Translations under genes and position numbers: made by a program
From: Rhizophagus irregularis
Taxonomy: Eukaryota
Length of the DNA stretch: 64,000 nt
Assembly (NCBI RefSeq): GCF_026210795.1
Contig: NC_089429.1
Location: 3,720,001-3,784,000 of the forward strand
Direction: 5' to 3'
Notes under the pieces: generated by a model
The model's input: the letters and a program-made list of their open reading frames with translations, nothing else
The model's database searches: none
Told to the model about the DNA's origin: nothing
Shown here: positions 13,332 to 26,300 of the stretch, in pieces
Layout of the letters: every line of letters begins with the position of its first letter
Numbering within the stretch: position 1 is the first letter of the stretch

Positions 13332-14305
13332 AGAGGGTTGGTCACCCTATCTTGGTGGTTAGTCACTGAGACCCTCATTAAGCCTGAGTATGGTGAGGTC
13401 GCAGGTTCAATTCCCATGACCACGGAAATAAAAAGAATTTTCTTGCGACGCTACAACCAATAGCGTGAAGGTACAGGGATTAGTGTAGTTGGACTGCATC
13501 ATGGTGAATTAGTGTGTACGGTTAGGCCGCACATTTCAACTAAGGGTCATGGTGTCCTTCTAACGTTCCCTATGAGGCCATTGGCAGTGCGCAGTACCCC
13601 TGTCCTCGGAGTCACTACTATACCTGTGGGGACTTCCTGTCCGGGTGGTCACTCTACGATACCGCTTGGGGTCAGTAATGGCTAGATGGTCGTCCTAGAT
13701 GGTAAAGCTGAGGGTGCAATGTCTTAGTGGTAGTTAGACCTTCTGTTGCAGGTCCTTGGGGATCCACCCGGCAAATGTTGCGTCGTACAGAACAGGTAGC
13801 ATTCGCTACGTTCGATTCCCTACTTCCTTGGGTCTGGTTGGTGATCCCTGGTGGTTGATACCACCATAAGGGGTGATCCCTGAGGCGTACGCGCTTTTCC
13901 CTGTCGAGTGGTCACTATAAAGATATACTGGTAAACAACTGTACTATCGGTACTAGGTAATCGCGGGCTGTAGTGGCCTTTGAGTGAGACTTAATACCTA
14001 AAATGGTGGTATGGAAGGGTACTAGATGGTTGATGTTACCTGTCGAAAGTCCTCCATGAAAGTAGATGCTCTCTAAAGGTCGTTAAATAAATTGAGTATC
14101 AGTATCATGCAATGGGTATAGGATGAGTAGGCGGCGTATGCTGCTTCAGATCGGCCTAAAATGGCCCGATGGGGGATGTCTTCTATAGTGGTGCTGTTAC
14201 CTGAGGAATTAAGTACTCGGTATAATGGTTGCCCATTGAAGATGATAGGACGCACCCGAGATTAGTCACAGATTGCGATCCTCCGTAAAACACTAAGAAA
14301 TAAAA
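13332..14305 (+). mobile_element. tRNA-headed SINE-like element, unit 1
   Basis: Markedly GC-richer than the flanks. A-box-like TATCTTGGTGGTTAG and B-box GGTTCAATTCC near the 5' end, A-rich 3' tail, flanked by a GAAAAGGATAAAA duplication, no long ORF. Confidence 0.75.
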
Positions 14306-14319
14306 GAAAAGGATAAAAA

Positions 14320-15284
14320 CTTGGGTTGGTCGCACCCTATCTCAGTGGTTAGTACGAGACCCTCATTAAGCCTGAGTATGGTGAGGTCACAGGTTCGATT
14401 CCTATGACTACGGAAATAAAAAGAATTTTACTGAGAACGCTACCCAATAGCGTGAAGGTACGGGGATTAGTGTGGTTAATTTGCATCATGGTGAATTAGT
14501 GTGTACGGTTAGGCCGCACATTTCAACTTAAGGGTCGTGGTGTGTTCTAACGTTCGCATGAGGCCATTGGCATGTGCGCAGTCCTGTCTTGAGATCACTA
14601 CTATACGCGGGGGACTTCCTGTCCGGGTGGTCACTCTCGATACCGCATGGGTTCAGGTAATGGCTAGATGGTCGTCATAGATGGTAAAGCTGAGGGTGCA
14701 ATGTCTTAGTGGTAGGTAGACCTTCTGTTAGGTCTAGGGACAATAAGGTGTTCGTGCGCGAACAGGTAACGTGGCTATGGGGTTGTCCCTCTTCGCCCAG
14801 GTCCTGGTTGGTGATCCCTGGTGGTTGATACCCACCATAAGGGGTGATCCTGGACAGATGCGCACTCTTATATCCAGGTGGTCCTTTACCAAAAGTATAC
14901 TCTTTAGGGTAAACAACTGTACTATCGGTGCTAGGTAATCGCGGGCTGTAGTGGCGCTTTGAGTGAGGCTTGTATAAAATGGTGGTATGGAAGTAGATGG
15001 TTGATGTTACCCGTCGAAAGTTCTCCATGAAAGTAGATGCTCTCTAAAGGTCGTTAAATAAATTGAGTATCAGTATCGTACAATGGGTATAGGATGAGTA
15101 GGCGGCGTGTACCTAGCTTCAGATCAGCCTAAATGGCCCGATGGGGGATGTCTTCTATAGTGGTGCTGTTACTTGAGGAATTAAGTCTTTCGGTTTAATG
15201 GTTGCCCATTGAAGATGATAGGACACAGACCCAAGATTAGTTTCATAAGAGGCAATGGGTGGTCTGGCCGTAAACACTTGCAAA
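14320..15284 (+). mobile_element. tRNA-headed SINE-like element, unit 2 (diverged tandem copy)
   Basis: A-box TATCTCAGTGGTTAG and B-box GGTTCGATTCC. Collinear with unit 1 and bounded by GAAAAGGATAAAA on both sides. Confidence 0.75.
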
Positions 15285-17456
15285 GGAAAAGGATAAAACT
15301 AGTCATAAAACTGTTTGCACGGAAAAGGATAAAGCTACCTTCATTCGATTCGTCTCAGTGAGACGATTCTAACAAGCTATGATACATCTTTGTACGATTA
15401 TTAGATGTCAAGTTATTTAATATATTCTTTATATAACTGCGATTATAAACGGTTCTTTTTAATATAAGATTTTTGAGGATAGTTAGTGATATAGATAGAT
15501 TGTGACTATATAGGATAGATTTTAATAATAAAGTGTTTTGAACATTCAACTGGTGTGACTATATAGTAGAATGTGACTATAACGGGAGTGACTATAGAGG
15601 GAGTTGACTGTATATATTTATTTATTTAAAAATAATTTTAGAATATAGTATATTTAGTGTTAAGTTATTGATAATGATTGTAATAATGGTTCTGAAATAG
15701 TATTTTTTTATTTTTTTATTAGAAAATAAAAAATAAACTAGATAAACTAAATTGTTATTTTTTATTAGTATTTAATTTTATATATTAAACTTCTTGAATA
15801 TTCATTAAGCTATAATTTATTATAATTTTATTAAATAATACTTTTTATTTACAAATGCAAAATACTATATATTGATTTATAATAATTTTACAAAAATTAT
15901 TTTAAAATAAATATTCTTATTATATTTCTATTTCATTATATAATTGAAGAATACATGATATTTTTTTTTTGATTTTTAAAAAAATGTTTTTTTTTTATAA
16001 ATTTATATATCATTATTAAAAAAAGTATTAATTTGCTTAAAAGTAAATTAATAATTCTGTAAAAATTAATCCAATTTGCTAAAACTAAAAAATATAACAT
16101 TAAATTAAATTTAAGTTAATTTGCTAAAATTTAAATTATAATTTTAGACAAAATTTATACAAATTTGTGAAAACTAAATGAGTTTTATTAGAAATATCTG
16201 AAATTTTATTTTAATTTGAGTATTATTAATTAATTGATTTTTTTTTAATTAAAATTTATATTATTGGATTTGACTTAATAAGAGAATTTTAATAATAATA
16301 AAATTGCATTTCTAAATATTAATAATAACTAAGTTATTGTAAAAAATGCATTTTATTATATGTTATTTATGAGCTAAATTAAAATATTTAGGGATCTAAT
16401 ACATCTAATAAAATAGGATCCAGTTTACTATTAAAATAGGTCACTCTATAGCTTAAAATAAGGTTTATATATAAAACTCTTTAAAGATTCTATTATAAAA
16501 GGAAATTTTATGTTATATTGTTATGATTTTTTCCTTTTTAGTTAATTAACCAATCAAATTTAAGAAAATCCTAAAGTAAGATTTTATATGAAAATGAAAT
16601 TTTCATTAGTAACATATTTTAGTAGTTGGCAGGATTCTTCTAAAACATATTTAAGAATTTTGGTAATTGGAATATTAAAAAAGCTGTAAAAATTTAATGA
16701 ATTATAGCTTATTAGGATTATTTTGATTAAATAAACCAAATGGTAGTTATCTTATTTTCTAATATTATTAATATTGATAGAAATATAATTGTTTAAAGTT
16801 TTCAATTATTTTATTATTTATAATTTTGTTGAATAAGATATTGAATAGAATATATCTGAAATATATTTAGAATATTAAAGTTTTGGTGAAATATGTATTA
16901 TATATAATACTGCCTTTTTCTTTTTATAAGAAAATATAAAATTATTATAATACTTTTTTATTGGAAAGTAAATTAAAAAATCATATATTATTACAATTTG
17001 ACTTATATTATTAAAAGTAATATATGCATCATTTGCACCATTATTTTTAGATCAAAATCAATAAATTATTAGAGGCATTTTGAAAAAACTGGTGATGTAA
17101 TATAAGTGATACAATTATTCATTTTTTTTAATTTTTAGGTCATTTTAGCATTATATTTTCTATAAATATTCTTCTAGAATTAAAGTCAGTAGTGTAAAGT
17201 GGTGTAATCATATAATAGGTAATAGGTCATACTTCTTATATGGATGTGTATAATAATGATAACTTTGATGATGGATATTGACCAATTAATTAAATAATTT
17301 TAATATTTCAATTATAAAAATTCTGTAATTTAATCAATGATATACCATGTTTCAAGCTTTCACAGCTGTTATGAAAATAAAATTTTATTAAATTTTCCTT
17401 CCGTAATTAAATAATTTTAGTTGAATATTATATATACTAATCATCTTATCCATTTT

Positions 17457-19243
<1,787 letters not shown>

Positions 19244-22200
19244 TTTGTTAAATATATAAATGAATTAATAAATTAAATAGAATTAACCAAGAAGTAAAAA
19301 ATAGAGTTACCTTAATTAACATATCCTTTATATAAAAATTTTTGTAAATGTTCCACAGGTCGAGATGATGAATCCGATCAAGGTGCGAATAGCCTTCCTT
19401 ATTAGGATGAAGGTTTTGGAGAATATCAGACCATGCTTAATCATATGAATGCCGATCGCGGTCAAATTAATGTAGCAAATCGGGTCCGAGAGAATGAAAG
19501 TTAAGATCATTCCTATATATCCATTCTAAGGAGTATAGCCGAAAAGATAAAAGTTAGTGGTCCGACCATGTGGATTTCATAGATATTTAGATATTTCGTA
19601 TTTCGTAACTATTAATTACGAATTTGGATTTACAATCCGTGAAATTCAAACTTTTTCTCATTTTTCTTATACAGTACACGAACTGTTCCTAAATACAAAA
19701 ACCCCATTTTAAATAATTAAATAATTTAATAACACGAACACTATCCTCGAATCTCTTCATCTCTGAAATTATGAAAATTTGAAAGCATTAAGGTTCATAA
19801 TGCATGCTGTAATCATCCAATAGTTCAATTCTAAATGAAGAAAACGTTAAAATGTTTATTCTCTTCAAACTTACGTAGGATAGTCGTAGAAATATTACCA
19901 GTTAAAATAGTTAAAATTTTCTCATAATATCATAAATCGTCCCTTTATTTAAATTTTTTTTTCTAAATTAATTAAAATAATTATATAATGCAAATAAAAT
20001 AATTTTATGTTTTTAAAAAGAAAATTTTTTTTTTAGTGAAAATAAATTTGTCGGGATCGGCTATCTGTATATCCGGTCCATGAAATTTTCATTCTAAACA
20101 TTAATTTTCGTGCAAATCATTTTTTGGGTCAGCGGCGTCGTAAATCGTAATTCTTTCAACATTATGTATGATATATAATCAAATTCTGATATAATGCCAG
20201 GATCCATGTGAGTTAATATAAATTAAAATTAGTTTATTAAATGTTAAAATGAAAATCTTTGTTATATCAAAGTTATACTGATATTGAAAAGTAAATTAAT
20301 CGTTATAATGAATTTTAATAATATATTGATATCGATAGTATCGGTATACCGGGGTCAGACGCTAAAAAACATTTAGATTTGCGCGTTTACCTTGTAGAAA
20401 TTTTAAGAGTTAAAACTAGATTAAAATAATTAATTATTTTACAGGGTATCGGATTTAAACTAATCATTAAATCATTGTAAATAAGGGTTTTGAATAACTT
20501 GTTTTACATATATACTTATATTTTATACTGTATAAATGTATAAGAAACGGAAAAAAAAATACTGCAAGTACTTGAGGCACATCTTCTGTAATCTTACGCT
20601 GGTTACATACAGCTTCAAGGGATACTCCTGAAGTTACAGAATGAATCATCTTTAGTCACAAAATGGATGTCATTTTTTTAGCTAAAGGTATAAATTTGGA
20701 AAATTTTAATTTAAAAAAAAAAATGAACAATTTAAGAATTAGTTCACATAAGCATTCCACATTTATATTTATTTTTTTTATTTATTTTCATACTTTTACG
20801 TTATCAATCTTTCAATAAATATACTTTTTTATTGATGCACATCTCTCTTTAAAATTAAATGCACATTTCCTTATCTTTCTCTCTGTATAATCTGTATAAT
20901 GCACTCTGAAAAAGAAAAAATCGGTTCTTATTAATTTTTTGTATCACCTTTTACAGATGATGCATACGCATATTCTTGACTCTTGAGGGGTGCATATGTG
21001 GAGTCAACTGTAATATGTTAACAAAGAATTTGAAAGTGAGAATTATGATTGGTGGATTTCATTCGTACACTATATCGACGATAAAAGTAATTATTTTAAT
21101 CCTGGCCACGTTTGGTACTTGGTACCCCAGTTTCAAGTTTCAGTATCTACAAAATATAAATTACATAATCCTATTGATCCTAGAAAAGTATATACTGTAC
21201 AAGTATAATGTACTAAAGAAAACTTATTTTTTATCCTGAAGCGGATTTGTCTTACAGACCACTTTTGGGTTGTAGTTTACATAAAAAAAAAGTCCGACAA
21301 ACATTTTAGGCCGAATTACATTTTTAAATCCGCCCGCATCAATTTTTCGATATATGAAATCACATGACTTTGATATAAAAGAATTCACAGTTCACAGTTC
21401 ACGTATAAAAAAATTTACAAAATTATTATTTACGCCATATAAAAATGAAAGCTTCTCACCCGCATCATTTTCAATATTTAATGTCACGAGAATCTTATTT
21501 GTCCGGCCTCACCGTCGGTATTTTTATTACCGTCGGTATTTCAACGCGCTATAAGCCCTATGACAATTTTGATTTAATGTATTAAAATTTTTTAAGTCTC
21601 AATCTCTTTATATATTTCATTCGTCAGAAAAAAAGAAAAGATTTAGATTTTTTTTTAAAAAAAAAATAAATCAAAGTTCAATGACTAGTAGAGTATGTAA
21701 ACCAGAGAATAGTGTTTTCCATTAAAAAAGGTTTATTAAATAACTGGAAATAATTGATCAAGTTATTATTATCTCTCATAACAGCTTAATTAGAAATAAA
21801 AACGTTAGATTTGTCGTTGGCTATGAAATCCGCAGCGATGTTGAAGTATCAAAGTTAATGGCCAAGGCATATTGAATTACCAAGTTTAAAATTTGAAAAT
21901 TTTTTTCGACAACCCGCTACTCTTCATTAATTCAAGAAATGGATTTTCGTTCACGGATAATTTCTTCCAAGATTCAATTATTTTAATTATTTTCTAGTAA
22001 AAAAAAATGCAAGTAATACAGAACATGTATCCAAGCCAATTTTCTCGATTTATTACAGAAATGAATAGTTACAATTATTTTAATTATTTTCCAAATTATT
22101 CCTCTTAAACTTTTCCATTTTAACATGGTGGATCTCCTGTAAAAAATTGACTTCTCTATCATGTTTTTTGAGTAAACCTCATATAATCTTGATCAAGTAC

Positions 22201-23052
22201 GTGATGGAAATAGGAAATACTTATAAGGTATGGTAGATCTAGGAATCGAGATAACCAACTGGAAAATCATCGAGTATCTGTCCATGCAGCATAAATATTT
22301 TGACAATTTTAAAAATGTATCGAACTCGTGTTTCTATATGGAGGTTTAAAACATTGTGGTTTTACCTCTTTATGGAAAATTTCGATATGGAGATACAGAT
22401 CGATTCAGATGATCAAATGATCGATAATGCATGTCTTGCAGCATCTTTTTTTCACATAAATCTCATTTATCTTCACACGACCTCATAACTAAATTATTTT
22501 TCAAGTAGTGAAAGTAGTAGAAACGTTTCTTTTTTGGTCATTTTTAATCTCTAAAAAATGATTGATATGGGAGAATTCCAATAATTGTAATAATCCGGTG
22601 CCAAATCTTTGGGATTCCCAAATGAACAGATTCTAGTTCCGATAGTTTGGCTAAGATCTCTTTACTAGACAGGGGTAGCTTGTCTTAGCCTATGAGTTAA
22701 ACTAGACTAGTAAAGGTTAATAATATAGATCATGTATCGAGTTTCATGTCAGCATTTTATTCGTTGCTCAAGGAAGACATTTCCAAGTTAACCTTTGAAA
22801 GAGGTATTGGACGCTTCGAATTGCTAATTACCCATAGTCCACTTGTCGGTTTTTCTTAAATACGTAGCGTCGGTAGCGAATGTTGACATGATAAAAGATA
22901 GGATTTTAAAAGCTTTGGACGTATTGACTAAAAAAGGTGTTCTAGAATAAGAATATACTACCATTTTTGAAGTTGGATTGAGTAGAATACATTTCAGTCC
23001 TGAAATAATTATGCTCCATATTGACTAAATCTAAAAGCTTATTAAAAAAAAA

Positions 23053-23398
23053 ATGAGTCAAATAGATAATGTTTTGGATAATTTTCCTTGGGTTACCAAT
23101 AAAAGTTTTATATTCTCTTTTAAGAATAAAGAAAATATCGAACATATTTTAAGTCGAGTAGATGAAAATCTTGCTATACGTTATTGTTCCATCATTTGGT
23201 TCGAGAGATCTTACAATATATGGAGGCTATGGAGGCCTTAGAAATGAAAGTAATTTTTGTAGTAACGGTTATAATTATTGTAGAAAAGCATTTTATGAAA
23301 AAAATATCAGAGTATCTGACTATACATTTTCTGTAGAAGATTATGAAGTGTTTCAGATCATAAAAAACTATGTATATGTTATAATGAAATTAGCATAA
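23053..23398 (+). pseudogene. Frameshifted TLDc-domain C-terminal fragment
   Basis: SFIFSFKNKENIEHILSRV in one frame, then PSFG-DL...YEKNIR...FSVEDYEVFQI in another. These are TLDc C-terminal motifs; no intact upstream exons were seen. Confidence 0.65.
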
Positions 23399-26300
23399 CT
23401 CAAAGGACATTACTAAAAGAGTTTTCTAATATCATGTCTATTTGCTAGTAACCACTAGCGAGATCCAAAGTAGTAAATCATTTGGCTTGACAAAGACTTT
23501 TCAGCGTATTATAGGATGTAAGCTGGTTGTTACGGTTGTTATGACCGTTACATCCATGTTATGGTCCGTAGATTTACATATATGGATTATATAGTAGTTT
23601 CAAGGAAAAGGTATTTCTCTTATATTACGTAATATTTTAACTTATGATTCATATAATAGTAATTTAGGTCAAAAATACTTTTTATTGTGAAATTAATATT
23701 ATGGATTGTTAACATACGAAAGTCTGGAGAGTCAATTAATAAAAGAATATGTGATGACAAAAATTGAACGTGCAAGATTATGAATATTAACTGATGTTAC
23801 TTTATTCCATTATGAATAGGTCGACTGCGGTGCATGGACACAGATCAGATTATCATTAGAATATTGGGAATATTTTTAAGACTCCAAGTTATGATCATTA
23901 ACGAATTTCCCGGAATTAATACCGTAAAGAACGTAAAGAACGTAAAGAACGATCATTTCAAGCAATTTTAGATAATCGTAAAATTTTTTGAGACGTATTG
24001 CAAAGGTCAATAATCTACTATCATTGAAAAAGATTGAATTGTATTTAAGAATATTTCTTAAATTAGATGAAATCGAACTTCGAACATCAAAAGACAATGA
24101 GAATGAAAACAGTGAGGCAAGGGATAATGTAAGATTTGACAAGATGATTTTATAGATTACTTTTAATGAGATAAGATTATTTTGTAGATTAAGAAAATTA
24201 CAAAAACCAATTTCGTTTTTTCAAAAATTAATTCTACTGGAATAGAGATTATAAGATATGATTAAGGTTTATTATACTATTGTATGGGAATACCAAAGTA
24301 AGTATGAAACGTCTAATTGACGTACTCGAGAAATGACACCGATCAATCCGATCACGTGTGAACTAGAGCGTTATTTATGAATTTGCCCACAGAGTCTTTT
24401 ATTCATAATTTCATGTATCAGATCTTGTATTTATTACAAATTTTTTTATTTTACCACCAAATCACTAAGTGTTTGCTACCTCCTACAGTCCTACTATATC
24501 AGAGGTTGGTGACAATATCAAAGATTCAAGAAATTATGCGTTTCCTATATATTTATGAAGAGTTATAGACGAATATGACAAGACAAAAACCTAAACCTTT
24601 TCATAAAAAGTATAATAGGGTTAAAATAGGGATATAATAGTAATTTACATTCGACTATCCGAAAATTCACTTAAATCACGTTCACGTGATTGTGCATAGT
24701 TCATCTATTTTTAACACATTGTCACATTGTCACATTGTACACATTGTATTACTGATTCCACTAATTCCGAAGTTCCAAGTTTCCAATTTCTAAAACGGTA
24801 AAATTAAAATCATTAAAATTTTAAAATTTTTAAAATAATTATAAAGCATGGGACACCCTGCATTAAATAAATAAGTTTATTTATTTGATTTAATGATTTT
24901 ACTTTTTATTAGATTGATTTCTATTTAATTGAATCTATTATATTGATCCAATTGGATCCAGTAATCTTCATACATAGAATGTTTGCGTGTGTGGCTTTTT
25001 TTTTTCTTGTAATTTGTAAACACAGATAATTGATCTGACAGGAAATTCTCGGGATTTGTTTATTCCGTCAAATCGCCCAAAATCCGTGCCACGTTTGATA
25101 AGTTTGATAATCAATATAAACCATATCATAAAAAGACTCATTATATTATTATTATATATAATTTCTTTTTTATTGTTAGTATACATTTCCTTCAAAAGTT
25201 TAAGAAGATAATTCTTTTTGCCAAGTTTCTGGACCACAAATTTGAGGCACGCATTCTTCTAAAAACAAATAATTAAAAGTTTCACAGGTTTATTAAAATT
25301 CCAAATATAGTTTAGATTATCAACTAAAAGTATGAAACAAAAATGGGATATATCCGAACTAAGGATATATAATATTCTATTTTAAGATAAAATTTCAAAT
25401 TTTTTTTTTTTTACCTTTTTGTCTCATGTTTTCATGATCAGTCACGTTTGCATACCAGTTTATTATTAACAAGTTTTAATTGTTTGTTTTTATTGGCGGT
25501 TCTTTAATGATTTTTTTATATTAACTAAATGTGGTTATAACGGATTTGTTCTTTTTAAATATATGATGTTATTATATTTATTTATTTATTTATTTATTAT
25601 TATATTTTATTTTTTTTAAGTGGTAAACAATAAAGTATTAAGAATTTTTTTGGCTGAGTATTAAAAAAAAAAAATGACGTTTCTTTTTGACGGAGCCAAC
25701 GGACTTTTTTTTTTTCGAAACAAAAAAGAACTCGTTTTTCTTATACTTAAAAATATTTTTAAAAAAAAATCGATAAAAGTAAACAAATTAAACTGGATCA
25801 TTTCAACATTATTATTATTAAAGTTATTTATTAATGAGAATAATACATTATTATTAGAATTCTTGATGATCTCGGATATTAGAGATATTTTTTTTTTTAC
25901 TGGTTCTTCGGATACTTAATCTTAAAAAAGTACCGAATCTTTTTAAAAAAAATTGATCTTTTATGGTAAAAAGGATTGAAAGTTAAGCAAATAATGAAAT
26001 ATGATAAAAATGATAATGAAAATAATAATATAATGTAATGTATACAAGGATCATCCAAATTGTTGCAACGTGCACATCATTTTCATCATACAATTATTAT
26101 TCAGAATCCAAATTTGTAAAATAATTAAATTTCTTAGTTTTGAATAGTTTGAATAAAAAAAAAAATATTCAAATGGTTTTAAATAAAATGCATATATTAT
26201 TTGTTGAAAAAATAACTTACATCATCTTCGTCGTCATCAATCATATAATCAATCAATCATTATCATAATATCATCATTATCTCATATATCATTAATCTTT

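Larger units (their letters stand above)
12652..15610. mobile_element. pogo/Tc1-mariner-type MITE, copy 2, carrying a ~2-kb nested insertion
   Basis: Same TIRs and TA flanks as 9259-10219, and collinear with it apart from the insert at ~13332-15335. Confidence 0.92.

Noticed and set aside
14328..14412. Functional tRNA gene
   Set aside because: A and B boxes are present but the acceptor, D and T stems do not pair properly, and the sequence is the head of a duplicated 1-kb insert.
14073..15028. ORFs inside the GC-rich insert
   Set aside because: They are short and their frames are not preserved between the two units because of many indels. No RT or other domain is recognisable.
13332..15284. 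LTR pair or endogenous virus
   Set aside because: There are no TG...CA termini, no internal domain between the units and no viral ORF. The tRNA head, A-rich tail and long TSD fit a SINE better.
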